Assembly (NCBI GenBank): GCA_022340545.1
Contig: JAJDNV010000159.1
Coordinates: forward strand, 21,872-85,871
Source of the DNA: Acidobacteriota bacterium
Lineage (GTDB): Bacteria; Acidobacteriota; Vicinamibacteria; Fen-336
Direction: 5' to 3'
Length of the DNA: 64,000 nucleotides
Shown here: piece after piece, positions 37,211-46,903 of the stretch
How positions within the stretch are numbered: position 1 is the first letter of the stretch
How the letters are laid out: every line of letters begins with the position of its first letter
Notes under the pieces: generated by a model
Databases searched by the model: none
What the model was told of the DNA's origin: nothing
The model's input: the letters and a program-made list of their open reading frames with translations, nothing else
Program-made: the position numbers and the translations under genes

Positions 37211-39928
37211 ATGAGCCTGAAGTCCGGCCAGCGCCTCGGGCCCTATGAGATCGAGTCCCCACTCGGCGCGGGAGGCATGGGCGAGGTGTACCGCGCCCAG
37301 GACACACGCCTGGGTCGCTCCGTCGCGATCAAGGTGCTCCCGGCCCACCTGGCCGAGCACCCGCAGCGCCGCGAGCGCTTCGAGCGGGAGGCCAAGGCGG
37401 TCGCCGCCCTCAGCCATCCCCACATCTGTGCGCTCTACGACGTGGGCGAGGAGGACGGCGTCTCCTTCCTCGTCATGGAGCACCTCGAGGGCGAGAGCCT
37501 CGCCGAGCGGCTGTCCCGGGGAGCGCTGCGCCTCGACCAGCTCCTGAAGATCGGAGCCGAGGTGGCGGGCGCCCTCGACCGGGCCCATCGGGCCGGCATC
37601 GCTCACCGCGACCTCAAGCCCGGCAACGTCATGCTCACGAAATCCGGGGCCAAGCTGCTGGATTTTGGCCTCGCCAAGAGCGGGCTGGCCGAGCCGGAGC
37701 GGACGGAGTCGAGCGCGCCGACCGAGGCCGCTCCGGGGGTGGCTCCCCAGGATACGAGCGCCCCGACCGAGGCCAAGCCGCCCCTCACCGAGGCGGGAGC
37801 CGTGCTCGGCACCTTCCAGTACATGGCCCCCGAGCAGCTCGAGGGAGAGGAGGCGGACGCACGAGCCGACATCTGGGCCCTCGGCTGCCTGCTCTACGAG
37901 ATGGCCACAGGGAGCCCTCCCTTTGCCGGGAAGAGCCAGGCCAGCCTCATCAGCAGCATCATGCGGGACGTGCCGGTGCCGGTCGGGGAGCGGCAACCCC
38001 TCACCCCGTCCTCGCTCGAGCACGTGATCGCCCGGTGCCTGGAGAAGGACCGCGAGGACCGCTGGCAGTCGGCCCACGACGTCGCGGAGGAGCTGACCTG
38101 GATCCAGCGCGCGGGCGGGCGGGACGCGACACCGTCGGTGGAAGCCGGGAAGACGCCGCGCCGACCGGGGACGAGCCGGATGGCCCTCGCGGCCGCGGCG
38201 GCGGCCGTCGCCGGGGCGGTGCTTGGCTACGCGCTGGGGTGGGGCCGCACGGAGACGACCGGCGCGGCGAGCTGGAGCGCGCAGCAGCTGACTTTCCAGA
38301 AGGGCGTCGAGAATCACCCCGCGCTGTCGCCGGACGGCCGTCAGGTCGCTTACGTGAGCGAGGCCTCCGGCAACGCCGACATCTACCTCCAGCGCGTCGA
38401 CGGGCGCAACGCCATCAACCTGACGAAGGACTCCCCGGCCGCAGACACCGAGCCCGCTTTCTCGCCGGACGGGAGCCAGATCGTGTTCCGCTCCGAGAGG
38501 GGCGGCGGCGGGATCTTCGTGATGGGAGCCACCGGGGAGTCGGTTCGGCGCATCGGCGACCTGGGCTACAACCCCAGCTGGTCCCCCGACGGCCGCCGGG
38601 TGGTGGTCTCTACGGAGAGAGTCGCCGACCCCCTGAGCCGCCAGGCCACCGCCGCCGAGCTATGGACGGTCGACCTCACCTCCGGGGAGACCCGCCGGAT
38701 CTACGCCGGCGACTCCGTCCAGCCGGCGTGGTCACCCGACGGTCGCTGGATCGCCTTCTGGCGGGTGGACGGCAACTCCGGCCAGCGCGACCTCGCCACC
38801 ATCGACGCGGAGGGCACGGGCGAGTCGGCCGCGGTCACGACCGATGTGCCCGTCGACTGGAATCCAGTCTGGTCGCCCGACGGGCGTCACATCTACTTCG
38901 TGAGCGACCGGGCCGGCACCATGAACGTGTGGCGGGTGGCGATCGATCCGGAGACAGGCGGCGCGGACAGCGAGCCGGTGATGGTGGGAACGCCGGCGGA
39001 GGACGTGGCCTGGCTCTCGGTGGCGAGAGAAGGGGGGAACCTCGCGTACGTCTCACGCTCGGCCCTGCACTACCTCCACTCGTTCCCGCTCGACCCGGAG
39101 CGGCTCCGGCCCGCCGGCGAGGCACGGACAGTCCTCGCCGGGGCCCTGCCGATCCGGTACACCCACCCGTCGCCCGACGGGGCCTCGATCGCGCTGACGA
39201 CCGCGGGAAGCCGCGAAGACCTCTACGTTCTGCAGAGCGACGGGGGCGAGTTCCGGCAGCTCACCGACGACCCCTTCCGGGATCGCGGCCCCCAGTGGTC
39301 GCCCGACGGCTCCGAGATCGCCTTCTATTCCAACCGCTCGGGGACGTATCAGGTCTGGAGCATCCGGCCGGACGGCAGCGGTCTGCGGCAGCTGACGGAC
39401 GTCGCCGATGGGGCGTGGTTCCCGTACTGGTCGCCGGATGGGAAGCGGATTGCCTTCCCCACCGGGAGGGGCACCTGTCTCGTCACCGTCGGTGACGCTC
39501 CGGTGTCGACGGCGGAGTGCCTGCCCGACCTGTCGGCGGACCAGTGGTACGAGGTGCGCGACTGGTCGCACGACGGCCGCTGGCTGGTCGGAAACGCGTC
39601 GCTGCGTGCGGGCGCCGTCCGCCCGGACCTCCTGCTCTGGTCCTTCGACGCCGAGGAGTACCAGCCGATCGAGCATCCCGGGTTCGTGGCACGATGGCTC
39701 CCGGACTCGCGGAATCTCGTCGTGATCGGAGACGACGGGCGCCTCACCCTGGTGGACCACACGACGGGCACCGCCCGCGACGTCGGACGCATCGAGAGCA
39801 GCGGCACGGTCGACCGGGAGCAGATGGGCCTGTCCCGCGACGGCCGCACCGTGCTCGCCCAGGCCAAGTCTCTCGAAGCCAACATCTGGGTTCTCTCGCC
39901 GCCAGAAGATTCCGAGTCCGACGACTAG
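37211..39928 (+). CDS. Ser/Thr protein kinase fused to a C-terminal TolB-like PD40 beta-propeller
   Basis: Hanks motifs (GAGGMGEVYRA, HRDLKPGN, DFGLAK, APEQ), a TM segment, multiple SPDG...PD40 repeats. ATG at 37211 after GGGGAGG. The C-terminal ...SESDD overlaps a hairpin repeat motif. Confidence 0.8.
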   Translation: MSLKSGQRLGPYEIESPLGAGGMGEVYRAQDTRLGRSVAIKVLPAHLAEHPQRRERFEREAKAVAALSHPHICALYDVGEEDGVSFLVMEHLEGESLAERLSRGALRLDQLLKIGAEVAGALDRAHRAGIAHRDLKPGNVMLTKSGAKLLDFGLAKSGLAEPERTESSAPTEAAPGVAPQDTSAPTEAKPPLTEAGAVLGTFQYMAPEQLEGEEADARADIWALGCLLYEMATGSPPFAGKSQASLISSIMRDVPVPVGERQPLTPSSLEHVIARCLEKDREDRWQSAHDVAEELTWIQRAGGRDATPSVEAGKTPRRPGTSRMALAAAAAAVAGAVLGYALGWGRTETTGAASWSAQQLTFQKGVENHPALSPDGRQVAYVSEASGNADIYLQRVDGRNAINLTKDSPAADTEPAFSPDGSQIVFRSERGGGGIFVMGATGESVRRIGDLGYNPSWSPDGRRVVVSTERVADPLSRQATAAELWTVDLTSGETRRIYAGDSVQPAWSPDGRWIAFWRVDGNSGQRDLATIDAEGTGESAAVTTDVPVDWNPVWSPDGRHIYFVSDRAGTMNVWRVAIDPETGGADSEPVMVGTPAEDVAWLSVAREGGNLAYVSRSALHYLHSFPLDPERLRPAGEARTVLAGALPIRYTHPSPDGASIALTTAGSREDLYVLQSDGGEFRQLTDDPFRDRGPQWSPDGSEIAFYSNRSGTYQVWSIRPDGSGLRQLTDVADGAWFPYWSPDGKRIAFPTGRGTCLVTVGDAPVSTAECLPDLSADQWYEVRDWSHDGRWLVGNASLRAGAVRPDLLLWSFDAEEYQPIEHPGFVARWLPDSRNLVVIGDDGRLTLVDHTTGTARDVGRIESSGTVDREQMGLSRDGRTVLAQAKSLEANIWVLSPPEDSESDD

Positions 39929-39930
39929 AC

Positions 39931-39969
39931 CATTCCGAGTTCGACGGCCAGCTCAGCGAACTCGGAATT
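39931..39969. terminator. bidirectional terminator-like hairpin (single copy of the TTCCGAGTYCG hairpin repeat)
   Basis: 11-bp perfect stem TTCCGAGTTCG/CGAACTCGGAA with a 13-nt loop, exactly between the convergent stops at 39928 and 39968. Confidence 0.5.
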
Positions 39970-40903
39970 AGAAGAGACTGAGCTTGATGTACTTCTTCGG
40001 CTTCGTGCGGACGTCCTCGAGAAGCGCGCGGATCTCGACCGCGGCCTTGTCGAAGTTGGCGGCGGCGCTCGAGACGTTGTCGTAGAGCGCCTCGTCGGTG
40101 CTCAGCTTGCCGAGGGTCCCCTCCCCGCGGTCGACGCGGCCGAGGATGGACTCGAGCGACTGCGACGAGCGATCGAGGCCGGAGAGAACCTCGTCCATCC
40201 GGGAGGCGACCTCCTCCACCCGCTTCACCGTGTTCTCGATCTCGGGGCCGGTCGTGACCTTCTCGAGCCCCTCCGCCGAGCGGCGAAGGCTCTTCGTCAG
40301 CGCCTTGAGCTCGCCCCGCTGCTCCCTCACCGTACCCGAGAGCTGCTCGAGCAGCTGGCGGGCCTCGCCCGCCGTACCGTGCAGGTTGCTCACCATCTCG
40401 TCGGAGAGCAGTGCCTTCAGGCGGGCGGCCACGTCGTCCGCCTCTCCGGCGAGCGAGTCCATCTTGTCGAAGAGGCCCACGCCGCTCCGCCCCTCGAGGA
40501 CGTCGCCCCAGACCGCGGTCTCCGAGGAAGAGCCCGGGATCACGTCGGCCACGAGCCCGCCGAGGAGGCCGCTGGCCTTGAGCTCCACCACCGAATCCCG
40601 GGGGACCGAGTACTCGCCTTCGATCTCGAGACGGACCTCGACCTCGTCGGTGCTGATCTTGAACCCCAGGATGCGGCCGATGTTGACCCCCCGCATCTGT
40701 ACGGGGTCGCCCTTTCGGATTCCCGCCGCGTCGGGAACGATCGTGCTCACGATGTAGCGGCCCCGGAAGAGGGCGGCGTCGGTCATCGTCGAGAGAACGA
40801 TCAGGACCCCGGCCAGGCCCGCTACCACGAAGAGACCGACCCAGATCTCCCGTCGGCGACGGCGAAGCTGCGGCGGGGTGGGCAGGGGCTTGTCGGTGCT
40901 CAC
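39968..40903 (-). CDS. mlaD: MlaD (MCE-domain) lipid-asymmetry ABC system substrate-binding protein
   Basis: N-terminal TM then MCE domain (VQMRGVNIGRILGFKISTDEVEVRLEI). Downstream of mlaE and mlaF. Confidence 0.8.
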   Translation of the reverse strand: MSTDKPLPTPPQLRRRRREIWVGLFVVAGLAGVLIVLSTMTDAALFRGRYIVSTIVPDAAGIRKGDPVQMRGVNIGRILGFKISTDEVEVRLEIEGEYSVPRDSVVELKASGLLGGLVADVIPGSSSETAVWGDVLEGRSGVGLFDKMDSLAGEADDVAARLKALLSDEMVSNLHGTAGEARQLLEQLSGTVREQRGELKALTKSLRRSAEGLEKVTTGPEIENTVKRVEEVASRMDEVLSGLDRSSQSLESILGRVDRGEGTLGKLSTDEALYDNVSSAAANFDKAAVEIRALLEDVRTKPKKYIKLSLF

Positions 40904-41703
40904 GGGGTTTCCTCCTCCATGTCCTTCTTCAGGTCCGCCGCATCCTCTTCCATGATGCGGACGGCGGCCTCGGCGGCCAAGCGGCGGTCAGCGAAGGCAC
41001 GGACCACCGGGTCGGGGCTCGCCTGGAACTCCCCAGGAGTCCCCACGAACCGCAGGACCCCGTGCTCGAGGAGGGCGACCCGGTCCGAGATCTCGAGGGC
41101 CTGCTCGATGTCGTGAGTGACGATGATCGACGTCACCCCCGTCTTCTCGCGAATATCGCGGATGAGGCGCGACACCGCAGCGGTGTTCACGGGGTCGAGC
41201 CCGGTCACCGGCTCGTCGTAGAGGAGGATCTCGGGCCGGCCCACGATGGTGCGGGCCAGGCCGACCCTCTTCTTCATCCCGCCGCTGAGCTCCGCCGGCA
41301 GCTTGTTCATGACCTGCCGGGGATCGAGGTTCACGTCCTCGAGGGCCTGCGCCACCTTCTCCAGGACCCAGCCCTCCCGGATGTTCACGCCCAGGGGAAG
41401 CCCGGCGCAGATGTTCTCGCACACCGTCATCGAGTCGAACAACGCCGCGTATTGGAAGACATACCCCACCTTGCCCCGGATCCGGCGCAGCGTCTCGTCG
41501 CCGTCGAAGTAGGCCGACTCCCCGTCCACCCGCACATCGCCCTGGTCGGGAACCAGGAGGCCGTTCGTGGTCTTCAGCAGCACGCTCTTCCCGGTTCCGG
41601 AAGGACCGACGATCGACAGGGTCTCTCCGGTCTGCACGGTGAGATTCACCCCGGTGAGGACCGGAACGTCGAAGGCCTTGTGGACGTCGATGTACTCGAT
41701 CAT
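40900..41703 (-). CDS. mlaF: MlaF ABC transporter ATP-binding protein
   Basis: Walker A GPSGTGKS, signature LSGGMKKRVGLAR, Walker B ILLYDEP. Start at the ATG at 41703 (MIEYIDV). The ORF-track extension to 42408 was rejected. Confidence 0.85.
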   Translation of the reverse strand: MIEYIDVHKAFDVPVLTGVNLTVQTGETLSIVGPSGTGKSVLLKTTNGLLVPDQGDVRVDGESAYFDGDETLRRIRGKVGYVFQYAALFDSMTVCENICAGLPLGVNIREGWVLEKVAQALEDVNLDPRQVMNKLPAELSGGMKKRVGLARTIVGRPEILLYDEPVTGLDPVNTAAVSRLIRDIREKTGVTSIIVTHDIEQALEISDRVALLEHGVLRFVGTPGEFQASPDPVVRAFADRRLAAEAAVRIMEEDAADLKKDMEEETP

Positions 41704-41711
41704 GGGAGGGG

Positions 41712-42509
41712 CTAGTTCAGGAACAGGGACGGGAAGGTGGCGTCGAGGACCAGGAGCGAGATGATCATGAAGACGACAGCGGCGGTGGTCGACCGTCCGA
41801 CCCCTTCGGCACCGCCGCGAGTGCGGAAGCCCATGTGTACCGAGATCAGGGGGATGATGAAGCCGAAGACGATGCCCTTGTTGATCGAGTAGAGCAGATC
41901 CCAGCTGTGCCAGTACATGCGGGCACCATACAGAAACGACTGGTAGCCGAGCCCCAGGGAGAGTCGGGCCGCGACCATCCCGGCGAAGATCCCCACAACG
42001 TTGGCAATGGACACGAGGAGGGGCGTCGTGATCGTGCCCGCGATGACCCGGGGAGCAGCGAGGACGGCAATCGGGTCGCGTCCCAGCGAGTGCAGCGCGT
42101 CGATCTGCTCCGATACCTGCATGGTGCCGATCTCGGCGGTGATCCGCGCGCCCACACGGCCGATCAGGACGAAGGAGGTCATCACCGGGCCGAGCTCCAG
42201 GACGACGCTCGAGGCGACCACGCTGCCCAGAACGTAGAGGGGGATCGTGGAGGTGAGCTGGTAGCCGCCCTGCTGGGTGGTGACCACCCCGGAGATGACC
42301 GCGGTAACCAGCACCAGGGGGAGGCTCTGCACGCCCATCTCCCAGAACTGATCGATGATGCTGCGCATCGACACGCGCCCGCGCAGCGTGGCGGCAGCCA
42401 CGCCCCATGAGAGAGACGCCATCTGGCCGGCGTGCTCGGCGACCGCCTCCGCGGTGCGACCGACGCGTGCGAGGGGCCTCAGAAGACCCCGGCGGATGAG
42501 CTTATTCAT
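41712..42509 (-). CDS. mlaE: MlaE ABC transporter permease
   Basis: 265 aa from the ATG at 42509 (MNKLIRRG...). MlaE-like TM pattern. The ORF-track extension to 43538 was rejected. Confidence 0.85.
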   Translation of the reverse strand: MNKLIRRGLLRPLARVGRTAEAVAEHAGQMASLSWGVAAATLRGRVSMRSIIDQFWEMGVQSLPLVLVTAVISGVVTTQQGGYQLTSTIPLYVLGSVVASSVVLELGPVMTSFVLIGRVGARITAEIGTMQVSEQIDALHSLGRDPIAVLAAPRVIAGTITTPLLVSIANVVGIFAGMVAARLSLGLGYQSFLYGARMYWHSWDLLYSINKGIVFGFIIPLISVHMGFRTRGGAEGVGRSTTAAVVFMIISLLVLDATFPSLFLN

Positions 42510-42590
42510 GGAACCAAGGGCAGGCGTAGGACCTGCGGCACAAACGCTACATTCTACGCCAGGCGGTGCGGTGCGGTAGAATCGCTCGTC

Positions 42591-43586
42591 TTGAGCGGGG
42601 AGCGGCGAAAGAACGCACGTCTCGGCCTGGCCATCCCGGCCCGGGTGCAGGGCTACACCGCGGAAGGGTCCACCTGGGAGGAGTTCGCCACCACCGACGA
42701 TGTGTCGTTGGGGGGGGCCTGCTTCCCGCTTGCCCACGATGTGGAGCTCGGCCAGATCCTCTTCCTCACCCTGGCCCTGCCCAAGCGCCTGCGGCAGTAC
42801 GACCTCCACGACGCCAGCTATCGCGTCTACACCCTGGTGCGCAGTGTCCGCCGTCGGCCCGACCAGCACCGTGTCGGGGTGATGTATTTCGGCAAGTACC
42901 CTCCCCGCGGGTTCCACGACCGACCCGGGGCACGCTACCTGCTCCCGTCGGACTCGCCGGGGGCCAGCCCCGATGCGTCCGACACCACTCCCGAGACGGC
43001 GGCCGAGCCCCCAACCCCGACGCCCGCCGAAGGCCAGGCCCCGGTGTCGAGCCCTTCGCCACCCGCCGAGCCGCCTCCCCCGTTCGAGCCACCCGACTTT
43101 CTCGATGCACTGCCCGACGAGGAGGGGGCGCGGGGGATACGTCCGCCTTCCCCGGGCCCGGCCACCCCGACGCCCCCGGTGTCCTGGGGAACGGACCCCG
43201 AGCCCGAGCCCCGTCCCGGTGTCCCCCCGGCACCGACGCCCACTGCCCCGACCATCGAGTTCCACCCATCCCGGGAGGTCCCGGAGGACCGTCGGGCGTC
43301 TCCCCGGATGCAGATGTGGGTCAACTTCACGATTGAGCAGGTGGACGAGTGGGGACAGGTTCTCCAGGAAGAGCTGACTGTGGCCGACAACGTCAGCCGC
43401 GGCGGCGCCCGGGTGATGACGACCCTGACCTTCCAGGTGAACGACGTGATCCTGGTCCAGGAGGCCGGGGGCGGCTTCGCCACGCGGGCCGAGGTGCGCG
43501 CCATCACGCGGGTCCAGCCCACCACCGAGCGGCTGCACCTCAAGTTCCTCGACCGACAGGCCCCGGACCGTCTCCTCCGTCAGTAG
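42591..43586 (+). CDS. tandem PilZ-domain protein with Pro-rich linker (putative c-di-GMP effector)
   Basis: N-terminal ERRKNARLGL..DDVSLGGACF (PilZ RxxxR / DxSxGG) and C-terminal DRRASPRMQ...ADNVSRGGARV. Start uncertain (TTG at 42591 chosen). Divergent from mlaE. Confidence 0.55.
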   Translation: MSGERRKNARLGLAIPARVQGYTAEGSTWEEFATTDDVSLGGACFPLAHDVELGQILFLTLALPKRLRQYDLHDASYRVYTLVRSVRRRPDQHRVGVMYFGKYPPRGFHDRPGARYLLPSDSPGASPDASDTTPETAAEPPTPTPAEGQAPVSSPSPPAEPPPPFEPPDFLDALPDEEGARGIRPPSPGPATPTPPVSWGTDPEPEPRPGVPPAPTPTAPTIEFHPSREVPEDRRASPRMQMWVNFTIEQVDEWGQVLQEELTVADNVSRGGARVMTTLTFQVNDVILVQEAGGGFATRAEVRAITRVQPTTERLHLKFLDRQAPDRLLRQ

Positions 43587-43590
43587 CCGG

Positions 43591-44709
43591 TCAGACCATC
43601 GCCTCCCGCCGGACCTTCCCGCGGTGGGCCTGGTAGAACTCCACCAGGCGCGGGAGGTAATCGGCGAGGCGCGGACACTCGATCCCGAGCGCTCCCAGGT
43701 CCTCGCTCGCCTGCGCGGTGTCGTGACGCACAGGGTCGTCGAAGTAGTCGAGCGCCTCGCCGGGCATGCCGAAGAATCGCTGCACCGGCTTCGGCGAGAA
43801 GAAGGCGCGGGCCACCTTCAGGGGTACCGGGACCTGGACGAACTTCTTGTCGATGGCCTTCGCGAACATCTCGGCCAGCTCACCGGGAGCGTGGGGCTCC
43901 GGATCGCACAGGTGGTAGGTCTTGCCCGCGCTGATCGGGCTCGCGGAGAGGGACGCGAGTGCCTCGACCACGAAATCGATGGGCACGATATTGACGGTGC
44001 CGAAGCCCAGGCCGATCCGGAGGAACACTCCCGGTGACGGGAGCTTCTCCATCACCCGCAGCACGAAATAGGGCCCGTCGAACTTGCCGGTCTCGCCCGT
44101 CCTCGAGTCACCGACCACGATCCCCGGCCGGTAGATGGTGGAGGGGACGCCCGAGCGGGCGACCTCGACCTCGGCCTGGAACTTCGTCTCTTCGTAGTGG
44201 TTCTTGAAACCCTGCCCCACGTCCAGGTCCGTCTCGCGAAACTTCCCGCGTGTGTTGCCCGAGACGTATGCGGTGGAGACGTAGTGCAGTCGCTCGAACC
44301 GCGCGGCCTTGTCGAGGAACTCGAGGACGTTCTTCGTCCCCTCGACGTTGATCCGCCGTCCGACGTCGCGCCTGACCGCGAGGTCGTAGACGGCGGCGAG
44401 GTGATACGCCTCGGCGAGCGAGCGGCGCAGCTCGCGGGCCGCCTTCGCCGGGATCCCGAGACCCTGGGCCGTGATGTCGCCGGTGATCAGCTCGATCCGG
44501 CCGCGGGTGTGGGGGTGAGAAGATCCGATTGCCTCCACCGCTTCCCGGGCGGCGTCCATGAACTTCTCCTGAACGAGGCAGACGGCGCGCGTGTCGGCCT
44601 TGAGCTCGAGGATCCGGGGAAGGAGGCGTGCGCCGATGAACCCGGGGAAGCCGGTGAAGAGGAAGGAGCGCGAGGCCTCTCCTCCTCCAGCAAGGTCGTT
44701 CTTCGTCAT
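43591..44709 (-). CDS. SDR-family NAD(P)-binding protein of the thioester/fatty-acyl reductase (NAD_binding_4) type
   Basis: FLFTGFPGFIGARL Rossmann motif and YxxxK-type region. Start at the ATG at 44709 (MTKNDLAGG). Confidence 0.7.
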   Translation of the reverse strand: MTKNDLAGGGEASRSFLFTGFPGFIGARLLPRILELKADTRAVCLVQEKFMDAAREAVEAIGSSHPHTRGRIELITGDITAQGLGIPAKAARELRRSLAEAYHLAAVYDLAVRRDVGRRINVEGTKNVLEFLDKAARFERLHYVSTAYVSGNTRGKFRETDLDVGQGFKNHYEETKFQAEVEVARSGVPSTIYRPGIVVGDSRTGETGKFDGPYFVLRVMEKLPSPGVFLRIGLGFGTVNIVPIDFVVEALASLSASPISAGKTYHLCDPEPHAPGELAEMFAKAIDKKFVQVPVPLKVARAFFSPKPVQRFFGMPGEALDYFDDPVRHDTAQASEDLGALGIECPRLADYLPRLVEFYQAHRGKVRREAMV

Positions 44710-44747
44710 GGGCCTGCCTCTCTTTCGCCTGTCCGGCACGCGCGTGG

Positions 44748-45788
44748 TCAATCGGGGCGAGGGGGCGCGGGGCGTGCCCCCGGCGGACAGCAGTCGGCCG
44801 GGCAGACGTCCGGGGACGGTCCGCGCGAGCCGAGGTACAGGCGTACCGGGTCGTCCGTGAGACGCTCGAGGATCAGCTCCCGGATCATGCGGACGAAGCG
44901 GGGGTGGGTCCCCACGGTTTCTGCCCTGACCATGTTCAAACCCAACTCAACCGCGCGGCTCTTCGCCTCGAGGTCGAGGTCGTAGACGACCTCCATGTGG
45001 TCGGAGACGAAGCCAATCGGGGCCACGACGACGTCGCCCACGCCCCCGGCGGCGAGCGCCCTCAGGTGATCGACGATGTCGGGCTCGAGCCAGGGCTGGC
45101 TGGCCGGGCCGGAACGGCTCTGGTAGACCAGGCTCCAGCCTTCTCGTCCGAGCGCCCCGGCCACGAGGCCGGCCGTCTCCTCGAGCTGGACCTGGTACTC
45201 GCTGGTGGCCGCCAGGGCACGAGGAAGGCTGTGCGCGGTGAAGACGAGCCGGGCCTCGGGGCGACGGGGCTCGGGAACCCGCTCGAAGGCCCCGCCGACA
45301 CGCTCGACCAGCGCCTCCACGAAGCCGGGATGGTTGTAGTAGAGGCGGATCTTGTCGACCTCCGGAGCGCCGCTTCCCACCTCCGCGCGGGCCCGCTCGA
45401 TGTCCTGGAGATACTGGCGGCAGCCGGAGTACGAGCTGTAGGCCGACGTCACGAACGCGAGGGCACGTCGCACGCCCTTCCCCGCCATCTCACCCAGGGT
45501 GTCGGCCAGCATCGGGTGCCAGTTCCGATTGCCCCAGAAGACCGGAAGCCGGGGCCCGCGCGAGCCGAGCTCATCGCGCAGGGCGGCGATCAGATCGCGG
45601 CACTGCCCGTTGATCGGGCTCACCCCGCCGAAGTGGTCGTAGTGAGCCGCCACCTGCCGCACCCGCTCCGGCGGGACGTCGCGACCCCGGAGGACGTTTC
45701 CGAGGAACGGCATGACGTCGTCTGGACCTTCCGGACCGCCGAAGGAGACCAGAAGCACGGCGTCGTATTGCGGCGCCATGTCGTTCAT
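44748..45788 (-). CDS. hemH: ferrochelatase
   Basis: AVLLVSFGGPEGPDDVMPFL N-terminus and ferrochelatase-length core. Confidence 0.85.
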   Translation of the reverse strand: MNDMAPQYDAVLLVSFGGPEGPDDVMPFLGNVLRGRDVPPERVRQVAAHYDHFGGVSPINGQCRDLIAALRDELGSRGPRLPVFWGNRNWHPMLADTLGEMAGKGVRRALAFVTSAYSSYSGCRQYLQDIERARAEVGSGAPEVDKIRLYYNHPGFVEALVERVGGAFERVPEPRRPEARLVFTAHSLPRALAATSEYQVQLEETAGLVAGALGREGWSLVYQSRSGPASQPWLEPDIVDHLRALAAGGVGDVVVAPIGFVSDHMEVVYDLDLEAKSRAVELGLNMVRAETVGTHPRFVRMIRELILERLTDDPVRLYLGSRGPSPDVCPADCCPPGARPAPPRPD

Positions 45789-45828
45789 CCTACCTCCACC
45801 GCCGCCGGAAGGGTGGGGGCTGGGCGGC

Positions 45829-46899
45829 CTACCCGCGGGGAGGGTGTCTCTTCAGCGAACTCATGATGCTGCGCCAGCGCGCCTTCTCCTCCCGCTGGAG
45901 CAGGGGGTCGTCGCGGATCTCGAGTGACCGAAGCTCGGCCTGGAGCTTCTGGAAGCTGGCGAGGCGCGCCCCCGGCAGCTCGCCCGCCTCCACCGCGGCT
46001 TGGACCGCGCACCCCGGCTCGGACTGGTGCGCGCAATCTCGAAAGCGGCACCCGGGAGCCAATGCCTGGATGTCCTCGAAGGCGGTGGCCAGCCCCTCCT
46101 CCGTGCCCCAGAGCTGGATCTCGCGCAGCCCCGGGGTGTCGAGAAGCAGGCCGCCGCTCGGCAGGGCCACCAGCTCGCGATGCGTCGTTGTGTGTCGGCC
46201 TCGCTGATCGCTCTCCCGGACCTCGCGGGTCTTCTGCCGCTCCTCCCCGAGGAGGCGATTGACGATCGTCGACTTCCCCACGCCCGAGGAGCCCAGGAGA
46301 GCGACGGTCCGGCCACGCCTCAGCCAGGGCGCCAGCGCCTCCAACCCTTCGCCTTCCTTCGCCGCGATCACCCGGACCGGCACCCCGGGCGCCGCGACCT
46401 CGACCTCGGCCCGGCGGGCGTCGATGTCGTCGCACAGGTCGGACTTGTTCAGGAGAACGACCGGGTCGGCGCCGCTCTCCCAGGCGAGGACGAGGGCCCG
46501 CTCGATGCGTCGCGGGTTGAAGTCACGGTCGAGGCCCATCACCAGGAACACGGTGTCTACGTTAGCGGCCAGGACCTGCTGCTCGGTGACATTCCCGGCG
46601 GCCCGGCGCACGAACGCAGTGCGCCGGGGAAGCACCACCTCGACAAGGGCGCGACCCGCCCGGGGATGCAGCACCACCCAGTCGCCGACCGCAGGGCGGT
46701 CGACCGACGCCCTGGCCGCCTGCCGCAGGCGCCCCGACAGCTCGGCCAGGCGTTCTCCCTCGGCGGCCCGCACCCTCAGGACGCGGGCGTGGGCGACGAC
46801 GACCCGTGCCGGCACCCGTCCCTCCGGCGAAGACAGGTCCGACCACGCCTCGGCGAAGAAGGGCGACCAGCCGAGCTCCTCGAGGGCCTGCTTCGCCAC
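45829..46899 (-). CDS. rsgA: ribosome small-subunit-dependent GTPase A
   Basis: Circularly permuted GTPase: NKSDL ... LLGSSGVGKSTIVNRL ... DTPG. C-terminal Zn cysteines (CRFRDCAH..EPGC). Confidence 0.85.
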   Translation of the reverse strand: MAKQALEELGWSPFFAEAWSDLSSPEGRVPARVVVAHARVLRVRAAEGERLAELSGRLRQAARASVDRPAVGDWVVLHPRAGRALVEVVLPRRTAFVRRAAGNVTEQQVLAANVDTVFLVMGLDRDFNPRRIERALVLAWESGADPVVLLNKSDLCDDIDARRAEVEVAAPGVPVRVIAAKEGEGLEALAPWLRRGRTVALLGSSGVGKSTIVNRLLGEERQKTREVRESDQRGRHTTTHRELVALPSGGLLLDTPGLREIQLWGTEEGLATAFEDIQALAPGCRFRDCAHQSEPGCAVQAAVEAGELPGARLASFQKLQAELRSLEIRDDPLLQREEKARWRSIMSSLKRHPPRG

Positions 46900-46903
46900 G
46901 CGG

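Noticed and set aside
40900-43538. ORF-track versions of mlaF (502 aa) and mlaE (608 aa)
   Set aside because: The N-terminal 230-340 aa are Arg/Gly/His-rich junk. Conserved MlaF and MlaE sequences begin at the internal ATGs at 41703 and 42509.
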